DNA of 64,000 bases from an uncultured Candidatus Saccharibacteria bacterium (GCA_964601935.1 CAZROP010000002.1:7299-71298); one strand, 5' to 3'; positions 38,140-48,590 are shown, counted from the stretch's first letter. Translations and numbers: made by a program. The notes: a model not told the origin generated them from the sequence alone.

Positions 38140-38955
38140 ATGAAGAAAATAGCCAGTCATACTACGAATCGTACACGCCCACGTCGCCGTCCACCAACTG
38201 GCGAGTGGGTGTTTGCGTTGATTCTCTGCGGAATTTTATTTCTCTGTTGGGTAGTATGGGGTAGGCCGTTATCAACGGGGTCTATTAGTGTAATTTCAGA
38301 TTCCAATATTGACACTTCTGACGAGAGGGTTGATTATACGGCGCTGGAATCTATCATAGCCGACGTTGATGACATGCTGCGTCTGCCTTCGGATTTGGTC
38401 ATACATATGACTGGTTGTGATGGAGACCCGAATGCGTATTACGAGCCGGAAAAGAAAGAAGTTGTTGTCTGCACAGAGCTTATTCATGACTTTAATACGA
38501 TGTTCGAGAAGATATACGATAATCCTGTCGATGTTCGTGATGCTTCTACGAATGCGCTTGTATTTATTGCGCTACATGAAATTGGTCATGCTCTCATAGA
38601 CATTCTGGAATTACCTATCACGGGCAAGGAAGAAGACGTTGCCGATCAGTTGTCCACGTATCTACTGATTCAGGCGTTGGAGAGTGGAGGGCAGTTAGTC
38701 CTGGATGGCGCCGTATGGTTTGGTGTTGTTGCAGAGCAGTATGATGTTGCTGAAATAGACTTTGCCGATGAGCATTCACTCGACGTTCAGCGGTATTATA
38801 CGTTGGCCTGCTGGGTGTATGGTTCGGATCCGGCTACTTTTGGGGACATTGTAAGTGATGGAATACTATCACCAGAACGTGCTGAATTATGTCCAGAAGA
38901 ATTCCAGAGATTCTCGCGTAGTTGGTTAGTCTTGCTGGATGGTTATATACAATAG
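38140..38955 (+). CDS. DUF4344-type putative zinc metallopeptidase
   Basis: NAYY, HEIGH, GKEEDVAD, DEHSLDVQR...CWVYGSDP. Confidence 0.8.
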   Translation: MKKIASHTTNRTRPRRRPPTGEWVFALILCGILFLCWVVWGRPLSTGSISVISDSNIDTSDERVDYTALESIIADVDDMLRLPSDLVIHMTGCDGDPNAYYEPEKKEVVVCTELIHDFNTMFEKIYDNPVDVRDASTNALVFIALHEIGHALIDILELPITGKEEDVADQLSTYLLIQALESGGQLVLDGAVWFGVVAEQYDVAEIDFADEHSLDVQRYYTLACWVYGSDPATFGDIVSDGILSPERAELCPEEFQRFSRSWLVLLDGYIQ

Positions 38956-39023
38956 GGTTTAAGAGTCGACTCTGAACTTTTTGCCCTTGCTCATTTGAAA
39001 AAAATCAGTATAGTTACCATTAT

Positions 39024-39287
39024 ATGCCAAATCTAGCAGCAGCAAAAAAAGCAGTGCGCCAATCAGACGCACGACGTATAGTAAACGACAAACGCCGTCG
39101 CGCTATGCGTGAATCGGTAAAATCTCTTCGCGAAGCTGCAAAAACTAATGCCAGCACCCCTGAGCAGTTGTCCAAGGCGTTCCAAGCTCTCGACAAGGCT
39201 GCAAAACGTGGTGTTATAAAAAAAGGTACCGCAGATCGCAAAAAATCTCGCCTTTCAAAAATGGTAGCAGTTGCAACTGCAAAGTAA
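39024..39287 (+). CDS. rpsT: 30S ribosomal protein S20
   Basis: MPN..AAKKAVRQ, LDKAAKRGVIKK..ADRKKSRL. Confidence 0.95.
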   Translation: MPNLAAAKKAVRQSDARRIVNDKRRRAMRESVKSLREAAKTNASTPEQLSKAFQALDKAAKRGVIKKGTADRKKSRLSKMVAVATAK

Positions 39288-39520
39288 TGAACGTATCAAA
39301 TCGCCGTACCGGGGCGATTTTTGATAAATGTAGTCTAAGTTGGATAGTTGAATTGACATGTCGGTAGATGTATAGTAATATGGTATGAGTAGTTTTTCGC
39401 GCTAGGGTAGAACAATATCGTTCATAAAAATTTCGACGTTGAAGGTTACAGACAGTAATTTTATCGTAGGAATTGAACAATGGCTTGCTTATATTTTATT
39501 GTTCACAAAAACCTTAAGCA

Positions 39521-39928
39521 ATGAAAAACTACAGATTCTTTTTCCTCAGCAGTACGGATGATGGCGGCGAGGTTATGTGCCTTAGAAGGCATAAGCCGCA
39601 TAAGCCGTACAAGTTCGCAACCTTCTTCAGTAGCATTGGAGGGTGTGGTCAGGGAGACTTCACGCTAAAGGAGGTTGTTGCTGCAATTTGCATGCACGAC
39701 ACCCACGGAGGCCTAGAGTTTTTCCCTGATGGAGATCCCGAGTCTGCATTTATCGTACACGTCGGGGATGGTGGTGATCATATCCATTTTTGGCGCGGTC
39801 GTCATCGTCGTGCGTGCGCAAGGATCGCTCGGGAGGATCATCAGGATGTATCCTGGTTAAAAGCCCTGAAGCTCTTGATCTGGCACGCGAACGAGGTGAA
39901 CTATGAGGCCTACTACGAGGAAGAGTGA
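39521..39928 (+). CDS. Hypothetical protein (His-rich orphan)
   Basis: 135-aa ORF with its own TTGACA promoter (about 39353) and a downstream hairpin terminator. Confidence 0.55.
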   Translation: MKNYRFFFLSSTDDGGEVMCLRRHKPHKPYKFATFFSSIGGCGQGDFTLKEVVAAICMHDTHGGLEFFPDGDPESAFIVHVGDGGDHIHFWRGRHRRACARIAREDHQDVSWLKALKLLIWHANEVNYEAYYEEE

Positions 39929-40059
39929 GAGGAAAAAAGCACAAACGCATCGACCTATTTTTAGGGTCGGTGCGGTTTTTTATTACACAACTAAATCGAG
40001 AAAGGAGAATTACTTTGAAATATGGTCAGTAGGGTGTTTTTATGGTAATGTGACACCAC

Positions 40060-41838
40060 ATGAGTACTATTAGGAACTTTTCCATAATTGCCCATATCGA
40101 CCATGGGAAGTCGACGTTGTCTGATCGTATGTTGGAAATGACCGGTACGATCGACAAGCGTAGTATGCAGGACCAGGTTCTAGATTCCATGGAGCTCGAG
40201 CGTGAGCGAGGTATCACTATCAAAATGCAGCCAGTACGCATGAAATGGAAATATTCTGGGCAGGAGTATGTTCTGAATCTCATTGACACGCCGGGACATA
40301 TTGACTTTTCTTACGAAGTATCACGAGCAATTCAGGCGGTAGAGGGGTCGCTGTTGCTAGTGGATGCTACACAGGGTGTTCAGGCACAGACATTTACGGT
40401 TTTGGAAATGGCGCGCGCGAATAATTTGGTGATTATTCCGGTGGTGACCAAGGTTGATTCTTCATTAGCGCGTGTCGATGATATCATCCTGGATCTATGT
40501 CAGCTGCTATCCTGTTCGCCGGATGATGTGATCGCGGTATCAGGAAAAACAGGTGAAGGGGTAGACACATTGTTAAATGCTGTCATTGATCGTATCCCTG
40601 CACCACAGTCATCAGCGAATGAACCTCGTGCGCTGGTATTCGATTATGAGTACAGTAGTCATCAGGGGATTATTGTCTACGCACGTATGATAGATGGCGC
40701 ATTATCAAAAGGCGACAATGTCGTATTCCGTGGTTCAGGAACACGATTCACAGTTACCGAGGTGGGGCATTTAACTCCAAAAAAACAACAACGCGATACG
40801 GTGGTGGCAGGAGAAATCGGATATATCGTGACCGGTATAAAGGATGCTGCAATAGCGGCAGTAGGAGACACTATTACGCGCACTACTTCGCAGTTACCGA
40901 TGCTGCCCGGATATCAGGCGCCAACTCCGATGATCTGGGCGAGTGTGTATCCTGAATCTCAGGATGACTTTGTGGAATTGCGCTCTGCATTGCATCGGTT
41001 AAAACTGTCTGACTCGTCTCTATCATTCGAAGAAGAAACCTCGGGGGTGTTGGGCAGAGGATTCCGTTGTGGATTTCTGGGTATGCTTCATTTAGAAATT
41101 ATTATCGAAAGGTTAAAACGTGAATACGATATAGAGCTTATCATCACGCAGCCCACCGTTACTTATCGCGTAATGACAAAGCGTGGTGTGTCTACGGATA
41201 TTTATAACCCACACATGCTCCCTGACTATGGCGATATTGAATATATCGAGGAACCCTGGGTGATGGCACATATTATTGCACCCTCGCATTATATGGGTGA
41301 CTGCATTCAGTTGTTCCATGAATTTGAAGCTGACGATCCACGTATAGAGACCCTGTATGGAGGTAGTAATACAGAACTACTGGCTGCAATGCCTCTACGA
41401 GAGCTCATGAGAAATTTCTTTGACGCGTTGAAATCTGCTACGAGCGGTTTTGCATCATTATCATACGCGCCTCTGGAGTATCGACGGGCAGACGTAGTGC
41501 GTATGGATGTGTTGGTTGCTGATGAAATCCAGCCTGCATTTACCAAGGTGGTTTCGACAAAAAAGATGCAGAAAGAGGGAGATGAATTAGTGGAGAAACT
41601 GCACAAACATATTCCTCAGCAGTTAATCGTGGTCAAGATTCAGGCTCGTGTAAATGGTCGCATCATTGCATCGCGATCTATTTCTGCTATGCGCAAGGAT
41701 GTGACGGGATATTTGTACGGAGGCGATGTGTCGCGTAAAAACAAGCTGTTGGACAAGCAGAAAAAAGGAAAGAAAAAAATGCAGGCTCGTGGTAAGGTGG
41801 ACATTCCACAAGAGGTATTTCTGAAGATGATGAAGTAG
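40060..41838 (+). CDS. lepA: Elongation factor 4
   Basis: IAHIDHGKSTL, DTPGH, GFRCGFLGMLH, YGGDVSRK. Confidence 0.97.
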   Translation: MSTIRNFSIIAHIDHGKSTLSDRMLEMTGTIDKRSMQDQVLDSMELERERGITIKMQPVRMKWKYSGQEYVLNLIDTPGHIDFSYEVSRAIQAVEGSLLLVDATQGVQAQTFTVLEMARANNLVIIPVVTKVDSSLARVDDIILDLCQLLSCSPDDVIAVSGKTGEGVDTLLNAVIDRIPAPQSSANEPRALVFDYEYSSHQGIIVYARMIDGALSKGDNVVFRGSGTRFTVTEVGHLTPKKQQRDTVVAGEIGYIVTGIKDAAIAAVGDTITRTTSQLPMLPGYQAPTPMIWASVYPESQDDFVELRSALHRLKLSDSSLSFEEETSGVLGRGFRCGFLGMLHLEIIIERLKREYDIELIITQPTVTYRVMTKRGVSTDIYNPHMLPDYGDIEYIEEPWVMAHIIAPSHYMGDCIQLFHEFEADDPRIETLYGGSNTELLAAMPLRELMRNFFDALKSATSGFASLSYAPLEYRRADVVRMDVLVADEIQPAFTKVVSTKKMQKEGDELVEKLHKHIPQQLIVVKIQARVNGRIIASRSISAMRKDVTGYLYGGDVSRKNKLLDKQKKGKKKMQARGKVDIPQEVFLKMMK

Positions 41839-41855
41839 TCGGCACGTTTCGGTAC

Positions 41856-41884
41856 TTGCGTTTAATAAAGATATCTGTTACTAT
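41856..41884 (+). promoter_or_regulatory. Sigma70-type promoter of the attenuated locus
   Basis: TTGCGT-17 bp-TACTAT with a TG extension. Confidence 0.6.
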
Positions 41885-41893
41885 CAAATCACT

Positions 41894-41974
41894 ATGAATT
41901 TTATTCAGAGCACTTATCGTCATTTCCGTTGGCACACCAGCTCCCGAGGAGAGTCGATATTTGCTATGGAATAA
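41894..41974 (+). CDS. Putative 26-aa leader peptide
   Basis: MNFIQSTYRHFRWHTSSRGESIFAME*; its 3' end overlaps the antiterminator strand. Confidence 0.6.
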   Translation: MNFIQSTYRHFRWHTSSRGESIFAME

Positions 41975-42005
41975 TAATTACTACTTGAATTATATTGTCT
42001 ATAGC

Positions 42006-42034
42006 AAAAACCGGCTCTTCGCGAGCCGGTTTTT
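42006..42034 (+). terminator. Attenuator terminator
   Basis: AAAAACCGGCTC-TTCGC-GAGCCGGTTTTT; its 5' arm can alternatively pair with 41951-41967. Confidence 0.75.
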
Positions 42035-42074
42035 GTTTTCACTGCAACTTTCACAATCAAAAATCAACAAAATA

Positions 42075-43292
42075 ATGTATCCACTCAAAATTACTGCTGA
42101 TTATTCTTTGTCTTTGCAGGACCTTATTCGCCTCCATAAGGAGGGCCACGGTGTATACCGTAGCTCCCATGCCGGGAACTGGAATATGTACAAGCTCATC
42201 CTTTCACAACTAGGTATTCCAGATTGCATATGGGACGTAACCTGTATGAATAAAGACCGCAACAATCAACCGGAATACCGAATTATGGGAGGCACGAAAG
42301 AAAAGCTTATACAGCGACCTGTCGCTGTGGGTGGGCTCAAGTACAAGTATTTGACTGCATACCAAAGAGTTGGTAGTCAAAGCTTGGCACAGTACCATGT
42401 TGCGCCGCTACTCCAGATGTATGGTTCGAATGTTATTACGACACAGTCGAGGGCATTGCTTCAGTTTCCTGATTACTTGAAACGCATCTTTGATATTGTG
42501 GCGACTTATATGCCGCAGCAATTCGGTCGTTGCGTACTGCCCTGTGGTTGCATGACTGAGCTCAAGTATGACAAAAATTGCTACAAAGCAAAGTGTGCAC
42601 ACCGATCATTAGTAGTTCCAAGAGCGGGATTGGCTGAAAGCGCCTTTGCGACTCTACAAGAGCTGGAAAGCCTTGTCTTTAACTCAGAAGGTTATGAGCC
42701 GCATGGTGGAGCCTTATATTCCTTCGAATTAGTAGTTGCTGCATATTACTTATGGAGTTACTGGAAATTTGGAGATAAGCTAATTTACGAATTAGCTGGT
42801 CCAGACATGTTAAAGTACGCAACAAAGCAAACTTTTATTGCAGGAGTTGCAAAAGTACTTAAATTACTTTCTGAGTGCGCGCCTGACCTGGTTCCTGGAC
42901 GGATTGAAGCAAAGATCGTACCTGTCACAGGATTTCGATTCGCGTACCCTACGCGAAACTACGACGCTCAGCGTGTAATGAATGCGCATGATTTGATTAA
43001 GAGGCTGCAGAAAATTAAACGAGTACATTACCTAGAAACGTACGAAAGTAGGCGCGGTATCAATGTCGCAATTACCGAGGCACTTGGTACGATTGACGCT
43101 CTCCCGTTATGGGATCTCTTTCATAATCCTGCTACAGATGCTTTTTATTCGCAGCACGATTTATTTGCTTCGGGCGATAGCCTAACTATTATGGCTGAGT
43201 TTATGGATGTTCCTCTCGGAGAGGTGAGTGAGATACTTAAAATTCAAAAGCAGCGGATTGAGCAGTTAGGCAGACACTTACTTGTTCGTTAG
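42075..43292 (+). CDS. Uncharacterised protein, possibly HUP-fold (BshC / class I aaRS-like) ligase
   Basis: 405 aa; SHAGN near the N-terminus, Cys cluster CVLPCGC...C...C, and ELAGPDMLKY; family call is an inference. Confidence 0.6.
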   Translation: MYPLKITADYSLSLQDLIRLHKEGHGVYRSSHAGNWNMYKLILSQLGIPDCIWDVTCMNKDRNNQPEYRIMGGTKEKLIQRPVAVGGLKYKYLTAYQRVGSQSLAQYHVAPLLQMYGSNVITTQSRALLQFPDYLKRIFDIVATYMPQQFGRCVLPCGCMTELKYDKNCYKAKCAHRSLVVPRAGLAESAFATLQELESLVFNSEGYEPHGGALYSFELVVAAYYLWSYWKFGDKLIYELAGPDMLKYATKQTFIAGVAKVLKLLSECAPDLVPGRIEAKIVPVTGFRFAYPTRNYDAQRVMNAHDLIKRLQKIKRVHYLETYESRRGINVAITEALGTIDALPLWDLFHNPATDAFYSQHDLFASGDSLTIMAEFMDVPLGEVSEILKIQKQRIEQLGRHLLVR

Positions 43293-43383
43293 CAAGAGCC
43301 TGTAACGAAGAGTTGGATGAAAACAAATTAATTAACTGGGAGCAAGTCATGATATACTTTGGCTTGCTCCTCAATACTTTTTT

Positions 43384-44307
43384 ATGAATATAATTGATTT
43401 ACATCAAGATTTAATGTTGTATGTTACTCGTCCTAACCTGTATCCTAATGATAAAAGTCAACAGACGAGTTTTGAGCAATTAAAGAAAAATAATATAAAG
43501 GTTGTCTTAGCCTCTACTTTTGTAGTGCCTGATGATGAAAACTATTTCGACCCACTAATCAATGAAATGATTGAAAGAGATATTATTGCATATACTAACT
43601 ATTGTGAGTCTGATTCAGAGTTTACTATTATAAAAAGTAACGTTGATCTGGACCGCGCAATAGCTACAGAGGATTTATATGGAATTATCATTCACATTGA
43701 AGGATTGAATGTTTTTAATCCGGAGATTGATTGGGTAATGATCGAGAGATGGTATGAAATGGGTTTACGATCAATCGGTCCTGTGTGGAATCATACCAAT
43801 CCGTTTGGCGGCGGAACCTTTGAAGAAGGTGGTTTAACGCAGTTAGGGCGCCAACTTATTGCTTGGTGCGAACAAAGAGGAGTCATTATTGATTTAGCGC
43901 ACATGAACCAGAAAACATTTTGGGATACTGTTCAGGTGGTTACCAAACCGCTTTTTGTAAGTCATGGAAATTCATATACTGTTTGTCCAAATGTGCGTAA
44001 TTACACTGATGAACAGTTAAACAAAGTTGCTGAGACAGGAGGTTGTATTGGCATGTTCTTTTCAAAGAAGTTTTTGGGCGCTACAGAACATGGTATTGTA
44101 GAAAGTCATATTCAAAGAATTCTAGATATAGGTGGCCCCGAACTGCTCGCCATTGGATCTGATTATGGAGGTATTGTTTCGGGTTTTGCGGATGGTTTTG
44201 ATAATGTAAATTCGTTGCCGTTACTTATCCAAAGCTTGGATGAGAGTATTAGAGAAAAAGTCGCCTATCAAAATGCATTACGAGTTATATCAAAACACTT
44301 ACAATAG
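43384..44307 (+). CDS. Membrane dipeptidase family (M19) protein
   Basis: IIDLHQD, HIEG, IDLAHMN, SHGN...RN.TDEQL, GSDYGG. Confidence 0.88.
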   Translation: MNIIDLHQDLMLYVTRPNLYPNDKSQQTSFEQLKKNNIKVVLASTFVVPDDENYFDPLINEMIERDIIAYTNYCESDSEFTIIKSNVDLDRAIATEDLYGIIIHIEGLNVFNPEIDWVMIERWYEMGLRSIGPVWNHTNPFGGGTFEEGGLTQLGRQLIAWCEQRGVIIDLAHMNQKTFWDTVQVVTKPLFVSHGNSYTVCPNVRNYTDEQLNKVAETGGCIGMFFSKKFLGATEHGIVESHIQRILDIGGPELLAIGSDYGGIVSGFADGFDNVNSLPLLIQSLDESIREKVAYQNALRVISKHLQ

Positions 44308-44430
44308 TTCAATAACTATAGGTCGTTCCGCGGTTTGTTTCCTGACTACTACCTACCCCGCACAGCGAACGAGGATAATTGTGAATATAAGTAGATAGTT
44401 GGTCTATACGAGTGATATACTATACATTAT

Positions 44431-45840
44431 ATGGCAGATGCAAAACCAGAAACCCCTCCTGTAGCTCCTACTCCTGGTTTTTTTGATGCGGATGCAGGAG
44501 AATGGTTATGGCGAATAGCTATTATGGCTGGAGTAGTAATTGCGCTGGTAGCGATATTCAAATTTATTGTACCAATTGTGGTTGCTGTTCCCGCCGGAAC
44601 ATGGTTCTGGAGAATGCTGATGGGGGCTATTTTGGTATTGGGGGTTTATAAGGCTGCAAAAGTATGGGTAGCATACATCCAGAATAACCATATTGAAAAT
44701 CTGAAATGGAGCTTGCTGTACGTAAAGTTACCACGTTCTGCACCGCGCTCTATAGCGGCTATGGAAATGGTGTTAAACGCGTTATGGGATACTGGTGGCA
44801 CTGGTACGTGGAGACATTTGTTTTGGGATGGTTCGGTGCGCAAATACGGAACCCTGGAAATAGTATCAGTAGAGGGCAAGATTTACTACTTCTTTCGTGT
44901 GCAGGCAGGAGTTGTTGATTTCTTAAAAGCACAAATATACGCTCAGTTTCCAGAAGCAGAAGTCACAATTGTAGATGATTATGTGAAATATGTTCCACAG
45001 TATTCAGCAAAAGACCCTGGCTGGGTGTTGAATGGATTTGAAATTGAATATGAACGAGAGGGCGAACAAATGTTTCCAATAAAAACCTATATTGATTATG
45101 GGCTAGAAAAGCCAGGCGAACCCGAAGAGCGTATCAACCCAATGGCGAATTTGTTAGAAATATTAGCTTCACTTGGACCCGGGGAACAGTATTGGATTCA
45201 GATACATGTACGTGCTGCTGCAGATCGCTATCCAGTAAAGGGTGAGTCGTATAAAAAGCAGTCCTGGCAAAAACAATTTGCAGGAAACCTGAAAGCATAC
45301 GAAGAAGAAGTAAAGAAAACAGTTCAGTCAGGTGTAGCAACAGAGATAGAATTCGGTAAAAAGCGTGTGACAGAATACATGACCGATCACGAAAAACGAA
45401 TATACGAGAGTATTCAACGTAAAATGAGCAAGCGCGCATTTGATGTCGGTATACGTTGTATCTATATTGCAAAAAAAGAGCTTGCAAAAAACTTTGCACA
45501 TGGAGCAGTAGAAGGAGCGTTACGATTGTTCAGTGCTCCGGGGCTTAATGGAATCAAGGCCATGAACGGGACATTTTTCGCTGCTCACCCGTGGAATGAT
45601 GTATTTGGTGCTGGCGGCACGGCACGTAGAGATAATTTATATAATGCATATGTAGAGCGTTCGTACTTTTACCCGCCATATAATACATGGATTGATGAAA
45701 AGCCACGTAAAATGATGCTTATGTCAGCTGAAGAAATAGTGACGCTATTCCATTTCCCTGGAGAAGAGGTATCAACAGGTAATCTGTCCCGCGTGGAAGC
45801 ACGCAAGGCACAAGCACCTGCAAATCTGCCAATTTCATAG
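44431..45840 (+). CDS. Conserved CPR-type membrane-anchored hypothetical protein
   Basis: Two TM segments; LEIVSVEG, IYAQFPEAEV, PIKTY, EEIVTLFHFP, APANLP; resembles domains recalled from the neighbourhood of CPR TraG/VirD4-like ATPases. Confidence 0.65.
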   Translation: MADAKPETPPVAPTPGFFDADAGEWLWRIAIMAGVVIALVAIFKFIVPIVVAVPAGTWFWRMLMGAILVLGVYKAAKVWVAYIQNNHIENLKWSLLYVKLPRSAPRSIAAMEMVLNALWDTGGTGTWRHLFWDGSVRKYGTLEIVSVEGKIYYFFRVQAGVVDFLKAQIYAQFPEAEVTIVDDYVKYVPQYSAKDPGWVLNGFEIEYEREGEQMFPIKTYIDYGLEKPGEPEERINPMANLLEILASLGPGEQYWIQIHVRAAADRYPVKGESYKKQSWQKQFAGNLKAYEEEVKKTVQSGVATEIEFGKKRVTEYMTDHEKRIYESIQRKMSKRAFDVGIRCIYIAKKELAKNFAHGAVEGALRLFSAPGLNGIKAMNGTFFAAHPWNDVFGAGGTARRDNLYNAYVERSYFYPPYNTWIDEKPRKMMLMSAEEIVTLFHFPGEEVSTGNLSRVEARKAQAPANLPIS

Positions 45841-45852
45841 TACACTACAATT

Positions 45853-46866
45853 ATGGACACAGAACAAGAATCACAATTACCAGAGGGGTACACTGTCTCT
45901 GAAAAACTGATCCGCACAGCGTGGATACGAGAAAAAACTGCTCTGAAGATTGTATTAGGCATTGTTTTGGTGGCATGTGTACTGCTGGTACTCCTGATAA
46001 CCCCCCCAAAGCAGCCGCAGAAAATAATTATATTCCGTGTATCAGAAGGCCAGTCTGTCGCTAGTATTGCACAAAGGCTAGAACAGCAATCTCTCGTACG
46101 TTCAGGAGCATTTGTGCGTGCAGTGTTAGCAATTACACGGACATCGGATAGGGTCCGCTCGGGTGATTATATATTCCAGCCACGCGCAAACGCATTCTCT
46201 ATCGTTACCTCGCTGATTCGCGGTGACTACGGAGATGCTTATGTGTGGGTCACTATTCCTGAAGGTGCTACTAATCAGAGTATTGCATCTCTACTTAATT
46301 CTAAGATTCCTTCGATATCGCGCCAAAAATTTATAGAACTCGCAGAATCAAAAGAAGGATATCTATTCCCTGATACGTACCACTTCTCCCGCCTGTCAAC
46401 AGAAGAGGACCTAATAAAAAAAATGCATGATAATTTCCTCAGCAAAACATCTGCTTTGCGACTACAGGTAGGAACAAAGTCGTTTTCAGATGCAATTATA
46501 ATTGCATCTATGTTGGAACATGAAGCGGTTAATATTGATGATGCACGTGTAATTTCTGGAATCATTCGCAATCGATTAGCACAGAATATGCGTTTGCAGA
46601 TTGACGCCACTCTGAAGTACATAACAGGGCGAGGTAGTGCGGATATTACTCGTACGGATATGCGAAATAAATCACTGTATAATACTTATCGCTACGAGGG
46701 TTTACCGCCTGCACCTATCGGGAATCCTGGAATGGAGATGATAACAGCTGCTCTTTATCCAAATAAATCTAATTACATCTATTACCTGCACGCCCCTGAT
46801 AGAACAGCCTATTATGCGGTAACTCATCAGGATCATGTAAAGAACAAGCAGAAATACCTAAGATAA
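45853..46866 (+). CDS. mltG: Endolytic transglycosylase MltG
   Basis: VTIPEG, EGYLFPDTY, IIASMLEHE, LQIDAT, YNTY...GLPPAPIGNPG. Confidence 0.93.
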   Translation: MDTEQESQLPEGYTVSEKLIRTAWIREKTALKIVLGIVLVACVLLVLLITPPKQPQKIIIFRVSEGQSVASIAQRLEQQSLVRSGAFVRAVLAITRTSDRVRSGDYIFQPRANAFSIVTSLIRGDYGDAYVWVTIPEGATNQSIASLLNSKIPSISRQKFIELAESKEGYLFPDTYHFSRLSTEEDLIKKMHDNFLSKTSALRLQVGTKSFSDAIIIASMLEHEAVNIDDARVISGIIRNRLAQNMRLQIDATLKYITGRGSADITRTDMRNKSLYNTYRYEGLPPAPIGNPGMEMITAALYPNKSNYIYYLHAPDRTAYYAVTHQDHVKNKQKYLR

Positions 46867-46880
46867 AATATCTTTAAAGA

Positions 46881-46910
46881 AAAACCAGAGACTGTACAGT
46901 CTCTGGTTTT
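46881..46910. terminator. Bidirectional terminator between mltG and the SulP gene
   Basis: AAAACCAGAGACTG-TA-CAGTCTCTGGTTTT. Confidence 0.7.
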
Positions 46911-46958
46911 AAGTATTTTCTTCACTTACATTGGTCTTTATTGTAGTTTAGTAAAGTA

Positions 46959-48590
46959 CTAATTCAGTGTGAGGGCATATTCCAACGCCTGGTCAGAGTT
47001 GTAGAAAATGCGACCTGATTTATCCAGGTGAGTAAACTGTTCGCTCATATGCATCATAGGGAGAGACTTTTCTGGAATACTACAAACTAGTACCGTACAG
47101 TCCATATCTGTCAGAGTATCAATAATCTCGTCAAAGGCGTCCACGCCATCACTGTCTATCACCGTCGTTTCTCCCATACGAAGAATTATTATTCTGTTTT
47201 CTACGTTTAGCTTTTTGAGATTCGCAATATGCGACTGAGCGCTGATGTAGATCAAGGCGCCTTTTATTGTGTAGGTTACCACATGGCAATTGGCCCCATC
47301 GCATTCCTGGAGAGAGTACTGGGTTGAATGTGTAGTATCTGAATTTTTGGTAGTAACACGTAGGCTGTATGACCCTCTCGATACACGTTCTACAAACATG
47401 AGAAGCGATATAGCAGAGCCGGCGGCAATTGCGATCAAGGGGTCTTCGAAAATCATAATAATAGCGACAGCGTAGGCAATCCAAAAGCTCATAACCTCGT
47501 GTTTGATGTATCGAACAAAATGATGAACTTCAACCATGCGAATAGCAGTAAACCATAGAATTGCCGCTACCACAGCCAGAGGGAGATATTTGAACGCCCC
47601 TAAAAAGAGGATAGAAACGATAGCTATGACGACAGCGTTGATACCCTGTGATGTCCGATGGTTAGCACACGACTTTGCATTCAGTGATGTACGGGCTAGT
47701 ACTGCAGTTGCAGGGAGTCCACCACAGAGACCTGCTCCTATATTTGCTAATGAGAGACCAAATAACTCTTTGCGTTCATCAAATCGAGTTTTTGTGATAG
47801 TATTTGCGACCTTGCCACAGAGAAGAGTTTCGAGCATGGCAACAATGGCGACTGTTACAGCTGTCGATAGCACTGGGTAGGTTATAGTGAATGACGGAAC
47901 TTGAATTAATGCAGAATTAATCTGGGGAAACTTATCGGCTAGTGTTAATACCGTAAAAGGTAGCCATCCATGAGCGCTTGCGTATCCAATCAGCATACCT
48001 ACAGGGGTTAATAGAATGACTGCGGGGACTTTGGGAAGTTTCTTTAGTAAAAGGAACAACCCTGCTAAAAAGAGGATAAACAATGCGGTAGTAGGGATAG
48101 AGAGCGTGGGTAGTGCAGAAATCGAAGCAATCAAATTGTCTATAAAGACCTCATGTTTGGGAATATTCTCTAATCCAAACGCAAAGTTTAATTGCGAGAA
48201 TGCCAAAAGCATCGCAACCCCGAGAGTGAATCCATGAATGACACTCGACGGGATAAATACTAGATACCTATTAACTTTGAATACATACGAAATGAATATG
48301 ATAACTCCCGTAACTATAGCTAGAATAGGGAGAAGGGCAGCTCCATGAGTAAACGCAAATGCAGCTAAAATACCAGTGAGAGCCCCGGCAGGCCCTACAA
48401 TGTTAAAGTTGCTACTACTAAAAAATGCCGCAATCAGTCCCGCCCAAACGGCAGTAATAATTCCTGCGGTAGGAGTAGATCCTGATGCGACACCAATAGA
48501 CACGGACATAGGCAAGGATACGAGGGCGACGGTGAGTCCTGATTTCCAGTTAGCTTTTAATAATGGCGCGAAATGAGAAAGAAATTTCAT
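46959..48590 (-). CDS. SulP family anion transporter with STAS domain
   Basis: SGLTVALVSLPMS, GPAGAL, PATAVLART; C-terminal IDSDG STAS motif. Confidence 0.9.
   Translation of the reverse strand: MKFLSHFAPLLKANWKSGLTVALVSLPMSVSIGVASGSTPTAGIITAVWAGLIAAFFSSSNFNIVGPAGALTGILAAFAFTHGAALLPILAIVTGVIIFISYVFKVNRYLVFIPSSVIHGFTLGVAMLLAFSQLNFAFGLENIPKHEVFIDNLIASISALPTLSIPTTALFILFLAGLFLLLKKLPKVPAVILLTPVGMLIGYASAHGWLPFTVLTLADKFPQINSALIQVPSFTITYPVLSTAVTVAIVAMLETLLCGKVANTITKTRFDERKELFGLSLANIGAGLCGGLPATAVLARTSLNAKSCANHRTSQGINAVVIAIVSILFLGAFKYLPLAVVAAILWFTAIRMVEVHHFVRYIKHEVMSFWIAYAVAIIMIFEDPLIAIAAGSAISLLMFVERVSRGSYSLRVTTKNSDTTHSTQYSLQECDGANCHVVTYTIKGALIYISAQSHIANLKKLNVENRIIILRMGETTVIDSDGVDAFDEIIDTLTDMDCTVLVCSIPEKSLPMMHMSEQFTHLDKSGRIFYNSDQALEYALTLN

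Noticed and set aside
41961-42074. TTG start extending the 42075 protein
   Set aside because: It would run through the terminator hairpin; ATG 42075 is more plausible
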